DNA of 64,000 nucleotides. It comes from Centroscyllium fabricii (lineage: Eukaryota). The stretch's first letter is position 1. The number at the start of each line of letters is the position of its first letter. A program made the position numbers and the translations under genes. The notes beneath the pieces were generated by a model that saw nothing but the letters and a program-made list of their open reading frames with translations, was not told the DNA's origin and searched no databases. This document shows positions 50,101-62,700 of this stretch, one piece after another. The stretch spans positions 6,448,001-6,512,000 of the forward strand of contig JBNRSN020000039.1 in NCBI GenBank assembly GCA_051313645.2, in the 5' to 3' direction.

Positions 50101-52140
50101 AATATATTCCGGAGAAAAAGAAAGATTTTAAGAGAAGTGTGCACCATCCGTGTCTAACTAAGTTAGTAACGGATGGTATAGAATTAAAAACGAAGGCATA
50201 CAATGTTGCCAAGTTTGTTGGGCGACCAGATGTTTGGGAATTAAGAAAAAACAGCAAACTAAGACTAAAAATATAATAGTGGCGAAGATCAATTGTGAGA
50301 GTGAGCTGGCATTCAACATTAATAAAGAATGTAAGAACTTCTACAGGTATTTAAAGAGGAAGAGGGTAGCTATAATGAACGATGTTCCTTTAGATGAAGA
50401 AACTGGGGAATGAACAATAGAGAACGGGGCAATGGCAAAGAGTCTGAATACATATTTTGCATCAGTCTTCACGGGAGAAGACAACAACAACATCCCAATA
50501 ATGGATAATAAAGGGCACACAGGAAATGGGGAACTAAAGACAATCACTGTCACTGAAGAAATAGTTCTCAATAAAATAATGGGGCATAATCACATCAAGT
50601 CAACTTGTCCAGATGGGCTGCATCCGAGTGTCTTAAAATAAGTGGGTGCGGAGATAGAGGATGCATTTGCTGCAATAGGCCAACATTCCCTGACTCGGGT
50701 GACATTCCATTGGATTGGAAAACCGCTGAGATAACACCCTATTTAAGAAAGATGGGAGGCAGAATGCAGGAAAATATAGATATGTTAGCCTAAATGTGTC
50801 ATTGGGAAATTGCTGGAGTCCTCCATCAAGGAATGTACATCAGGGCATTTAGAAAATCATATTTGAGTCAAACAGAGTCAGCCTGGATTTAGGAAAGAGA
50901 AATCATGTTTAACAAGTTTGCTGCAATTCATTCAGCCTGTAACAATAAAGGCGGATAATGGGGAGACAGTGGATCTGCTGCATTTGTATAACGAGAAGTA
51001 ATTCAATAAGGTTCCACATAAAAGTTACTGCTTCAGTTAAGAGTGCACGGATTGGTGATAATACAGTAGCATGAATAGGGAATTCACTAAATAAAATAAA
51101 GCAGAGAGTCGGGATAAACGCGTGGTTGTGGTTGGGAAAAGTTAATTATTGTGGTGACAACATTTTCGGTGCAGCTGTTTACTATCTGCATTAATGAGTT
51201 GGATGAAGGGTTCGAGTCAAAAGTAGCTAAGTTTTCGGCTGATACAAAGATGGCTGGGACAGCAAGTTGTGCAGAGGACTCAAATAATCTGAAAAAGGAT
51301 ATAGACATGCATCGTGACTGGACAAACATCTGACAGATGGAGTATATTATGAGAAATTGCGAGTTTATCCACATTGGTAGGAAACATAAAAACGCAAACT
51401 ATTATTTTAATGGAGATATTTTACATTATGCTACAGGTTGGAGGGACCTGGGGTCATTGTGCATGAAACACAAAAGGCTCGCATTCAGGTACAGCAATAA
51501 TTCAAAAAGGCAAATGCAATGTTGCCCTTTATATCAAGGGAACTGAAGTCTAAGGGCAGGGAAGCCCTGGTATAAATGTACAACCTGCAGTACTGCGTAC
51601 AGTATTGGTCTCCTTATTTAAGGAAGGATGTACATGCATTGGACTCAGTTCAGAGACCATTCACGAGGATAATTCGAGAGATGAGGGGTTTGACAGATGA
51701 GGAATGGTTGAGCAGGCTGGGCCTATATTCATTGCAACTTAGAAGAATGAGAGGAGACCTTATCGAATCATATAACATACTGAGGGGGCTCGACAGGGTA
51801 GATGATGAGAGGATGTATCCCCTCATGGTGAAATCTAGAACTCGGAGGCACAGTTTCCGAACAAAGTGTCGACCATTTAGAACTGATATACGGAGGAACT
51901 TCTTCTCTCGGAGTGTTTTTAGTTAATAGAATCTCTGCCCCAGAGAGCTATGGAGGTTTGGGTTATTAACTATATGTAAAGTGGAGATAGACACATTAGT
52001 GCATGATGAGGGTGTGAAGGGTTATGGGGAACGGATTGTGAAGAGGCTTTGACACCAACATAAGCCATGATCTTATTTGATGGCGTAGCAGACTCGAGGG
52101 GCCAAGTGATCTATTCCTGCTCCTAGGTCTTATGTTCTTA
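47130..52140 (+). mobile_element. Near full-length but heavily decayed CR1 (5' region, esterase ORF1, ORF2, 3' UTR), interrupted by a MITE
   Basis: VMIGNCIVRG, SCLP.ARV and VMIHVVSNDI (ORF1); YLNARSI, KFSADTK, YCVQYWSPYLRKD and RRNFFS (ORF2); tail at about 52080-52140. Confidence 0.8.
47430..48169. mobile_element. MITE-like element
   Basis: Terminal inverted repeats ggcccagaaactc ... gaatctctgggcc, flanked by aat/att, with an AT-rich core. Confidence 0.7.
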
Positions 52141-53289
52141 CCTCTGTTGCCAGAAGCGCAAAGGGCGATATTTCCCCAGGAGAATTGCAACCATGGTACG
52201 TTGAGCTTTTAAAGTAATGTGTATTTTTAATTTTAACTACTAAACAAACGTACGCCACCAAAACTAGCTTCTGCGTGTTTCCCGGTTGGGTGGCATTTTT
52301 CTGGGTGCACCACCTCCTAAACCCACTGGTCCCCTATGTAAGATCATGTTCTTCAATGCTACGACGGTCAGGCACATCGAAATTGCACGGCTCTCCGAGG
52401 CCGGAGTAAGATTGACCAGCGAAGTGATCCGGCGCTAGTTAATCGGTGGAAGTTCATTGTTCACTTGTTTGTCGTATAGGGCAGCGTTTTCCTTTTGAGT
52501 ATGCTCAATATCGCAGATTTCCTATTGATGGAGACCTCCAACAATCAGTGTAACCCAAGATACAGCCACGCCCCCTTCATCGCCGACATCTCAGGGACTA
52601 TCTGACCTCCTGGACCCACAATTTATGTTACCCACTGACACACAGGAAAGTCAGAGCGGAGCTGGACGAGGCAGTGAAATATTCCTTTATTCGGTTCGCT
52701 CAATTGTTTAACTTTTGGAGTGATCAAGCTATCAACGCAGCTGTTAATGCAACTACACAGGGGCTGGAAATTCTTCTGCTTTCGCTCCTGGCAGCTGAAA
52801 ACAATGCCTAACCGTAAATGTGCGCTACCAGGCAGTGATTTAAATCGACTTAGTTAAGAGACGCAAAGTAATCTGCTGGAATATACGGGGGTGAAACTGG
52901 ACAGGGCTAGGGACTTATAAACAGAGAGACTCTCATTTGCCCACAATTACAGGCCGAGCCAGATATTCAGTTCTGCTGACGGCAATGTAACAGAATAAAG
53001 GGCGGAGTTTATCACGGCCGAACAATGCGCTAACTTCTGTATTTGCCTCCTTGCCCAATCCAGTTTCATCCCCGTCGAAGGCACGCACTCAAGGAGGGAA
53101 ACGTTTTAAACGACGCGAGATGTTACTCCATTGATCCGCATGAAAGTGGCACAACATTCATTGAAGATTGATCAGAAGAATAGAAACATTTATTAAAGAC
53201 GAACAAGCATCATTTTACCTTCGTTCGCGACCTTGTTTCTTTTCAGTTCCTGGCCAAAACTGATTCAGAGACCGGAAGCCAATCTATTT

Positions 53290-54335
53290 CCGAAATTTTA
53301 TCCAAAAGTCCACCGGAGCCACAGTTCTGAAACTGCCATTCGGAAAAAAAAATATCATATCATATTTGACTTTAACAAAGATAAACTATCCCTTTTCGTC
53401 CTTCTCGAGCTGACTGCAAACGTTGATGCGGTTGAACACGCCATATTCCTGCAATGCCTGTTCTCTGTCGTCCAGCTGGAGTGGACTGCACTTGAGTGCT
53501 TCTATTCTTATCTATTCAATCGCAGCCAAATCATCAAATCTTATGAATTCTCTTCTGGCTCCCGCACCGTTAACTCTGCTGCCCCCGAAGTTCTATCATT
53601 GGCCCCTCCTACGGTTCAATTACATGATGCCCCTTGGCGAAATCATCCAAACTCATGTCAGGTTGCACGTGAACGTAGATGTCACCCAACTGTACCTCAC
53701 CACAGCACCTCACGCCACTGCCCCTTCTCTAACTGGACAAAATGCTTGTCCAGCATCCAATACTAGATGAAGAGGAATTTTCTCCAACAGAATAATGGTA
53801 AGACCAAAGTCATTGACTTATATCTACACCAGCAACTCCTTCCTTCTTCCTGGAATTTTTTAGAACCTGAACCAGACTTTTCGTGAACTTGGAGTCATAC
53901 TTGTCCCAGAGATATTTTTCCTACATCATATCAATGTCATCAACAGGCCTGCTTGTTTACAATTCTGTAGCATCGCACCTGCCTCAGCTCATCTGCTGCT
54001 GAGATCCACATCCATGTATTTTTTACGTCGAGACTTGACCTCTATCCCAGAACACTCCTGGCCTGACACATCTTCCCCGTCCATAAAATTCAACTCATCC
54101 AAATCGCTGCCACCCGTATCTTAACTCGCACCAAGTCCCTTTCACAACTCAGCCCTGTGCTCGCTGACATACATTTTCTCTCGATTAAGGATCGCCTCGA
54201 TTTAAAAATAATAAACGTTGATTTAAAATCATTCTATGGACTCGCATATCCCTATGTCTTTAACCACCCGCAGCCCTCGAACACCCCGATATATCTGCGA
54301 TCCTTTAATTACGGCCTTTTGCTCATCCTTGATTT
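53290..54335 (+). mobile_element. L2 LINE RT and C-terminal fragment
   Basis: HSSETA, LFVLLELTA..DAVEHAIFLQ, FYSYLFNRSQ, TSRLD and PVLADIHFL. Confidence 0.8.
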
Positions 54336-54680
54336 TTTCTTTTAAAAGATCCTGATAATTTCCTTTGGACTTATTTCTCCATTTGCGACATTGTATGAAT
54401 GCAAGTTTTTGTTGCCTTTAGATAATTGCGTCCGATTTAAATTACCACGCCTTTAAAGGACGTCGACGCCTTAGAGAGGGTGCAGAGGAGACTTCCTTCA
54501 GTAGTACAAGGAATGCATGAAATCAGTTATGTGGAATGACTAGGCTAGCTGGGATTGTTCACTTTAGAGCCGAACACGCTAAGTGGAGATTGAATCGAGG
54601 TGTTCAAAATCACTAAGGTAATTGGCAAAAGAACCAGAGACGAGATGAGAGGAATAGTTTTACACGGCAAATTGTTATAA

Positions 54681-55200
54681 TCAGATCAGATCAGATTCAA
54701 TTTATTTGTCATTGTACAGCTATTTTTTACCATACAACGAAATGTATTTCTTGCAAATGTTAACGCAGTTGTTAAATGTCCTCTACTGAAGTCCCAGTCT
54801 GTCAGTCCCGGTGTTCCAAACATGCAGGACCGGGCAATACGAACTCGCCGACCTCCGGCGTCACGACCACGCAGGCTCCAGTGCTCCGACCTCGGCGACC
54901 AAGGCCCCCGGCGCTCCAGCCACGCAGGGCACGGCGCCCCGACCTCAGCGACCCCGCAGGCTCCGGCTCCAACACTCAATCCTCGCAGGGCCTCGGCGCT
55001 CCGACCATGCCGGCCTCAGTGCGCCCCGATACTCCGACCGCAGACACCCCGGTGCTCCGACAACTCCGCCGCGCCGACCCCGGTACACCACCTCGCCGAC
55101 CATGCCGTCCTTTCCGAGCGAACAGACTCAGAACTGCAGCAGAGAGCGTTCCCTCTGGAGACGCAAAGCCGCTGCGTGTACACGCGCCGCCATCTTACCC
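54681..55200 (-). mobile_element. Apparently full-length non-autonomous retroposon with Rex/Babar-type ends, inserted in a CR1 3' fragment (about 54420-55405)
   Basis: 5' end gtaagatggcggcgcgtgtacacgcagcggctttgc, GC-rich internal repeats, and 3' end acatttcgttg...aatgacaaataaattgaa(tctga)n. Flanks rejoin as CR1 gttataatc|tggaatgc. Confidence 0.8.
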
Positions 55201-56179
55201 CTTTTCTCTGGAATGCTCTGTCCGAAAGTGCAGATGAAGCAGATTCATTAATAACTTGAAATGGGAATTGGATCAATGATTGAAAGTGGTAAGTTTGAAA
55301 AGATATCAGGCAGTGGAACTGATTGCACAGCTCTTTACATGAACCAGCAAAGACACAACAGACCGACTGGCGTCATACTCTGCTGGATTGTTCTGTGATT
55401 CTATGAATTGATGGGAATTTTCCCTCTCACAGTCATGACTTGCTTTTTTCTGAGTTGATGTTGGTGCACCAGCTTATTTGGCGCACAACAGGCGGCCTCT
55501 CTTCCAGTCATTGTTCACTCCCCAAATCAACACTTACACGAATTTGTCGACAAGGGGCAAGGGGCACGGTTGGCGCCGGAATGTTAACTGCAGTGGTTCC
55601 GGTCTCTTCCATATCCACTCTGCAACACGTAGAAAACATCATGTTGCTCATTTACTCCATCAGCACGGCTCGTTATTTTGAACTACTCTATTAAGTTAAC
55701 TATTTAACTTCTCTGCACTAAGGATAACAACTCCAGATACTCTAATTCCCCACATAACCGAAATCCCTCATCACTGGTTGAATACTGATTCATTTCATCT
55801 TAATCTACTCTGCTCCAAGGAGAACAATCTATAGTCTCTCAATAGGACTGAAGGCTCTCAATCCTGGTACGATGCTATGGCCCTATGCAACCTATGCAAG
55901 GCCTTTACGGCCCTCCTCAATTGTTGGGCCAAAAAGTGTAAGAAATGCTCGCACTGAGGCAGAATATAGTGAATTCTGACGGTTAGCATAACATTATCTA
56001 ATTGTTGATCATAACTCTCCTCATCAACCGTTCTCTTACTGGAAAGAGTTTCTCCGTATTTACACTAACAAAACGGTTCATGAGTTTGAACCACACTATA
56101 GAATCTCCTCATTGGCGTCTCTGCCCTAATGAGAATCATCCCAGCATTTCCAGTCATATTGTGCAAATTATTCCTCCTT

Positions 56180-56600
56180 TCTATTTTGCATCCTTTCTTC
56201 CTTCATTTACTGCTTACTGCCTGATATATCTTTCGTTCATTCCTTCTTTCATCCTTTCTTTCCTAATTTATCTCGTTGTTCCTTTCTTCTTTCCTTCATT
56301 CTTCACATCCCGCCTTATTTCTTTCTTTCGATCTTTATTTATTTATTTCTTCCTTTTCTTCTTCCTTCCTTCCTGCATTATATCCTCACTGCCTTATTTA
56401 TTTATTTATTTTCATTTTTCTTACATTCCTTCCTTTCTTCTTTCTTTGTTTCTTATTTCTGTGATTCTTTCCTTGCATTATTACATTCTTTCTTGTCAGC
56501 TTTCTTTCCGTCTTTCGAGTTTATTCCTTTCTGAATCTTCTGTCTTCCATTCATTCCTTCTTTCATTCATTCTTACTTTATATTATTTTATTTCCTATAT
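56180..56600. repeat. TC-rich low-complexity tract
   Basis: Degenerate (TTCC/TTTC/TTTA)n. Confidence 0.85.
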
Positions 56601-56714
56601 AAAAACCGCTTTTACAAACACAGATATATATCGTTCTGTTTAGGATATCTGAAATGGGAATGGGGAGCCACAAGCGATCAGTCCAATGTGCAATTTAAGT
56701 CTGGAGAAAGAGCA

Positions 56715-57040
56715 GACATGTCCAAACCATCCAGGAGATTCTCGGTATCCTCCTCGCAGCACATACGCCCACCCAGTTGTGTGTTGTCTGCAAACTTGGA
56801 GATATTACATTTAGTTTCCTTATCTAGATCATTAATGTATATCGTGAGTAGCTGGCATCCGAGCAACGATCGCTTCGGTACACCACGAGTCACTTCCTGC
56901 CACTCGGGAAAATCCCCGTTAATTCCTACTCTCTGTTTTCGGTCAGACAACAAGTTCTCTATCCAAATCAATAACTTGCCCCGAATCACATGTGCATTAC
57001 ATGTACCTGCTAATCTTTTTGCGGAACCTTATCGGAAGCC
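56715..57040 (-). mobile_element. CR1 RT fragment
   Basis: IRGKLLIWIENLLSDRKQRVGING...KFADNT. Confidence 0.85.
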
Positions 57041-57319
57041 AGCGGAAAGGTTGGGGAATGAGGGAAAAGTTGCTTGATTCCAAAGCTTACTAATGTTTCA
57101 GTACACTAGACAACGGGTAGGTGATCGCAGCACATCTGGATAAAATTGGGGCAGCAAAGCAAGTTTCCATTGGCAGTGCAGTTTCGTGTAGTTGTTCCCA
57201 AGCCTCAGATGTAAGAAAAGGTTGGGCCGGAGATGCTCTCTTCAGCAAGTGGTCACGGTTTCAAGCTGGAAAAGGGCTAATTTAGGACTGGGCTCAGGAA
57301 GCTAAACGTCCGCAGAGAT

Positions 57320-57321
<2 letters not shown>

Positions 57322-57352
<31 letters not shown>
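57322..57352. repeat. (TA)n microsatellite
   Basis: About 15 TA units. Confidence 0.95.
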
Positions 57353-57355
<3 letters not shown>

Positions 57356-57789
57356 GGGATTGGCTCCCAGCGAGACGGGAACCTTAGGACCATTTATCGA
57401 ACAAGCAGATGTTGCAATGAAGAGACTAGAACGTGCTTGATGGATGAGCTGCAGTGGGCGAATAGCGCCCTCCATTCGGAAGTATCAGATGAACTTGTAT
57501 TTCACAATTAACAATTACAATGTACGCTTGTGAAAGCTCTTATCCTGTGTGCAGAGCGGTTGTGAGGAATTCCTTTTGATACACCTCTCCATTGATATGT
57601 TGCTCGGAGTTACCGCAATCGTCATACGGATATCACACCCGTCTGGTTACCTGCAGCAGGTTAGTGCAAGTGTAAGTCACTCACTGTCTTAGGCAAACAC
57701 ATCTACACCCATAGACAGAACAGACAAACACGCTCACTCACTCATAGATAAATAAAGACAACTCCTCTATAGTCATAATCAGCCACAAA

Positions 57790-58010
57790 CACCCAGAACA
57801 AAAGCAGACACACAGGCAGGTCAGGCAGCATCTGTGGAGAGAGAAACCGAAGTTAAAGCTTCAGGTCGCTGAACTTCCATCTGACCGGTACAAGTTAGAA
57901 TTGTAATAGGTTTTAAGCAAAGTCAGCGACAGGGAACTTTGGACAGGGAATGTTTGTGATAGGGTGGAAGGCAAGAGAGATTACATGAAAAAGGGATAAT
58001 AGCAAAGGGT
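57790..58010 (-). mobile_element. Penelope-like pLTR fragment
   Basis: caggtcaggcagcatctgtggagagagaaac...ttcaggtcg is the antisense homologue of 33130-33330. Confidence 0.7.
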
Positions 58011-58261
58011 AATAAGGAGTGAGAATTTGGATAAGCAGCAGTGTTTGGCTTTGTTACCCCGCATGGACCCCGTATATAGCTTCAGAATGTTCCGGAATAT
58101 ATCATCTTTTACCAAAAGACCTGTCCAAAAATATGCGAGCAGAGATTACGACATGGAATTGTATAATTATGTGGAATCCAAAATTCTGTAATGTGCCAAA
58201 TCCAAAACTGAGGTGCTCGATCGTACGTTGAACTTAATTAGAACATGTTAGCAGTCTGAAG

Positions 58262-59722
58262 AATTATATATCTGGACGGTGCGGTTTATATCCTGGGACA
58301 ATGCGTAATTGTAAACTGGGACCGTCCGAGATTACATACAGAGCCGGTGCATAGTTATATGCTTGGATTTTGCGGGGTTACATACCGGCATTATTTGGGA
58401 GTATAAATCGGTACAGCGCAGTGTTATATTCCGGGGCAATGCAGAGATAACAAAGGTTGTCATAACGGGGATATGTTCCTTTGTATTGCGGTGTTGTATG
58501 CGGGGCAGCTGGAATGATACGCCAGTACAGTGCGGTGCTATAAACAGGGAAACAGAAGGTTTATACAATTGTACGGTGCGGAGTTGTATACCTTTACAGG
58601 GCGGTCATATATTCGGCGACAGTGCGGGGTTATATACCGGAATTTTGCGGGGTTGCATACAGGGCAAGAGTTGGATTATTTAGCGGGAGATTCCAGAGAT
58701 AAAACAAAACAGTGTTCAGAGATATTGCGGGTCCTTGCTTGGTTATAATTAATTGAGATTGCGGAGTTATATTCCGGGACGTACCGGCATTAATATTTGG
58801 ATGTTGCGCGGTTTGCTACCGGGTCGTTATGGGATTATATGCCGGGATGCTGCGGAGTTATATACTGCGATGGTGCGAGGTTATATACTGCGATGTTGCA
58901 GAGTTTTAAACTCTGCTGTTGGAGTGTTATATACTGTGACCGTTCGGGGTAATATACCGGGAGACTGCGCGGTTATGTACCGAGACGTTTTTGCGGTTGA
59001 ATACCGTACATTTGCGGGGTTATGTATGTGGAGGTAGCGGGATTATATACCGGGACAGTGCGTGTTTACATGTGAGAAAATGCAGGGTTATATACAGGAA
59101 CAATGCGGAGAGATATCCTGGATCATGCGGAGTTCTACACTGGGAGTGTGCGGCAATATCTACCGAGATCGAGCGGGGTTATATACCGGTAGGCAACTTT
59201 ATATTCAGGGACATTACAGGGTAATATACCTTGAGAGTGCTCAGTTTTATACCGGGACATTGTGGGGTTATCTTCCGGGACAATGCAGGTTTATTTTGCG
59301 GTACAGGGCGCTGTTGCATACCAGGTCAGTGCGGGATTATATATCTGGACAGTTTGGATTTGTACATCTAGACAGTGCAGAATTATATATCTAGACAGGG
59401 CTGTATTACATTCCGTGATATTGCGCTCTTACTTCCCGGGACAGTGCCGAATTATACATCAGGACAGCCGCGTTATACACAGGGAGATGGAAGGGGTATC
59501 TCTGGGACAGTGCCGGTTTATGTAACCAGACACGTCGGTTTTATGAAAGTGTTGGGCTATACACAGGGACGTTCGGGATTACCTATATTGCTGCTGCAGT
59601 GTTATATTCCGGAAAAGTGCGAAGCTATATACGGGGTTCATGCGGGGTTACAAAGCGAACCACGGCATGATAATACATCGTGAGTGTGCAGAGTATAATA
59701 GCTGGACACAGCAGAGTTATAT
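58262..59722. repeat. 23-bp satellite in opposite orientation (also 61228-63270)
   Basis: Unit gcggggttatataccgggacagt. It extends about 480 bp beyond the homology with the left arm. Confidence 0.88.
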
Positions 59723-62700
59723 GAACCTTATTATTGTGTTAATCTCCTCATTAACGGGCAATGCTACCCCACATCATTTTATTTTTTGCCAGTCTATTCT
59801 TAATATTGAATTTCCCTGGAAGTTGTTTTACCATCCTTGGCCACGCTGGAGCCATGCTTCCGAAATCTCAATCAATTCATAACTATTTACATCGATATGT
59901 GCAGCTAATTATTCCACCTTATTAGGCATTTGCATGGTTTTAAGACACAAAGCTTTCAGTCTTGTTTTTTAACACTCTTAGACATTGTAGAAATATTAAT
60001 TATTTTGGCCATGCTAAATTTAAATAATTGATTTCTCTGACTGCCACTTTTGCTTTTCTACTTCCTTGGAACATAGAAACATAAACGATAGGAGCAGGAT
60101 TAGGCCATCCGGCCCCTCGAGCATGCTTCGCCATTCAATGAGATCGTTGTTGATCATCCAAACTCAGTACCCTGTACCTGCCGTATCCCCATATCCCTTG
60201 ATCACTCTAGCCTTAAGAAATGTATCCAACACCTTCGTGAGTATATTGAATGAACTAGCCTCCACCTCACTCTGTGGCACAGATTTCCACAGGTTCAGCA
60301 CTCTGTCTTAAATTAGTTACACCTTATCCTTTGAATATGGCCCCGGACTCTGGACTCTCCTATCGTCGGGAATATTATTCCTGCATCACGTTTGTCCAGA
60401 CCAGTTATAATTTTATATGTATTGCTGAGATCCCCTCTCAATCTTCCCATGTCCAGAGAGTACAAAACCCAATGTACCCAGTCTCTCCTCATACGTCATT
60501 CTTGCCATCCCTGGTATCAGCCTGTGGAATCTTATCTGCACTCCCTCCATGGCAAGAACGCCCTTCCTTATATAAGCAGAACAAAATTGCACACAGTGCT
60601 CAAGGAGTGCTCTCACCAAGGCCCTGTACAACTGCAGCACGACATCCGTGTTCCTGTACTCGAAACCATTCGCTATGAAGGCCAACGTACCATTTGCTTT
60701 CTTAACCGCCTGCTGTTCGTGCTTGCTCACCTTGAATGACTGGTGCACAAGGACACCCATGACTCGTTGTACTCCCCCTTCTCCCAATCGATTACCATTC
60801 TCATTAAAGTCGGCATTTTTGTTTCTGCCCCCAAATTGGATAACCTCGCATTTATCCACATTATACTGCATCTGCCACGTCTCAGCTCACTCGCGCAAAC
60901 TGTCCAAATCATCCTGGGACTTCCTGGTATCCTCCACGTTTGCTTCTATCATTGTTTCCCTATCCTCTGTCTCCCTGCACAGTTTCGCAACCACGGTCAT
61001 TTTATTTTTAACCCTCCTCAACTGCACTAGCAAACACTCTCGCAAGGACGTCGGTCCAGGTCCTGTCCAGTTGCAATCCGTCCAATTTGTACTGGTCCAA
61101 ACTCCCCCAGAATCGGTTCCAAAGTCATAATAATTGGAATCACTTCCCCGTGCACCATTCCTCTATTCATGCATTCATCTGAAATATTCTTCTATTTCTT
61201 CTCAGACTAGCATTGCTGCTCAAATACAGGTGTTTTATACGGAGAGAGTTTGTGGTTTGAAACCAGGAGAAAGCGGAGTAAGACACCGGGACAGTGTGGA
61301 GTGGTATTTTGAGAGACTGCGGAATTATTTATCTTGTCATGCGTGGTTACATGTCGGGGCATTGCGGTGGTAAAGTCCGGGACAGTGCTGTTTTATATAA
61401 TGGCATACAGCTGCATGGTTTCTTTGGAAAAAGCAGTGTTATATACTGAGACGGCCGAGCGCGATATACCGGTAGAGTATTGTGTTATATTATCGTAATT
61501 GGTGGTGATATACCGGGACGGTGCGGGTTTGGAGATCGGGAAAGTGGGGAAATGGATACCAGGACAGCGCCGAGCTGTATAGAGGAACTGTGCGGAAATA
61601 AACAAGCGGGATTTTGCTGAGATATACACCGGGACATTGCAGTGTTATAAGCAGAGACATAGCGGGGTTCTATACCAGTATAGTGCGGGGGTATAGACAG
61701 GGAAAGTGAAGGCTAATCTCGGGGTAGTACCGGGATAGATAACCAAACAGGGACAGTGCGGGCTTATATATCAGGAGTGTGCGAGGTTACATACACAGAC
61801 GATTCGGGTTTGCACATCGTGGCGCGTCATTGTTATATTCCAGGACAGTTCGGAACAAACGCAGCGGGAAATTATGGAGCTATATACTTGGACAGTGCGG
61901 AGTTACATTCCCGAAACTTGCTGCGATACAAAGCCAGACAGTGCGTGGTTATATATCGGGAAAGTGTGGAGTTAAATAGCGGGACAGTGCAGTTTTATAT
62001 ACCGGGACATTTCGTGGTTCTCTAACAGGACACTGCACAATTGCATCTCGGGACATTGCCCGTTATATACCGGGACGGTGCGGAATTACATACCCGCGGA
62101 ATGCGGGGTAATATACTGAGTGAGTGCGTAGTTATACACTGGTATATTGCGGGGTTATATGCCTGGATAGTGCGGGTTGACATACCGTGATATTGCAGAA
62201 TTTATATACCGGGACAGTACGGAGTGATAAAGGAGAAGAGTGCAGAACTATATATCGGGATGGTGCGGGTTATATACTTGGACATTGCGGAGTTATATAG
62301 ACGAAAAGTGCCGTATTCTATACCAGAAAAGTGCTGCAATATATAACATGATATTTCATCATTATCTATCTGGACGGTGCGGGTTATAGACCGTAAGCTT
62401 GAGGGTTATATAACGGGACGGGACGGAATTATATGCAGTGAGAGTACAGGGTGATATTCCGTGACAGGGGCGTGTTGTATAAAAGGATAGGCCGGTGTTT
62501 TTGGACCGAACATGTTGGAGTTATGTACCGGGACAGTGACGAGTTCTATACCGGGAGAGGGCGGGCTTATAGATCGAACATTTGCATGGTTATATAACAG
62601 GACGGTTCAGTGTTATATACAGGGACAGTGCGGAAACATGAAAGAGGGATATTGAGGAGTTATATGCCGAGACATTGCGGGGTTATACACCAGAAGAGCG

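Noticed and set aside
56002-56643. 213-aa hydrophobic membrane-protein-like ORF
   Set aside because: Translation of a TC-rich low-complexity tract.
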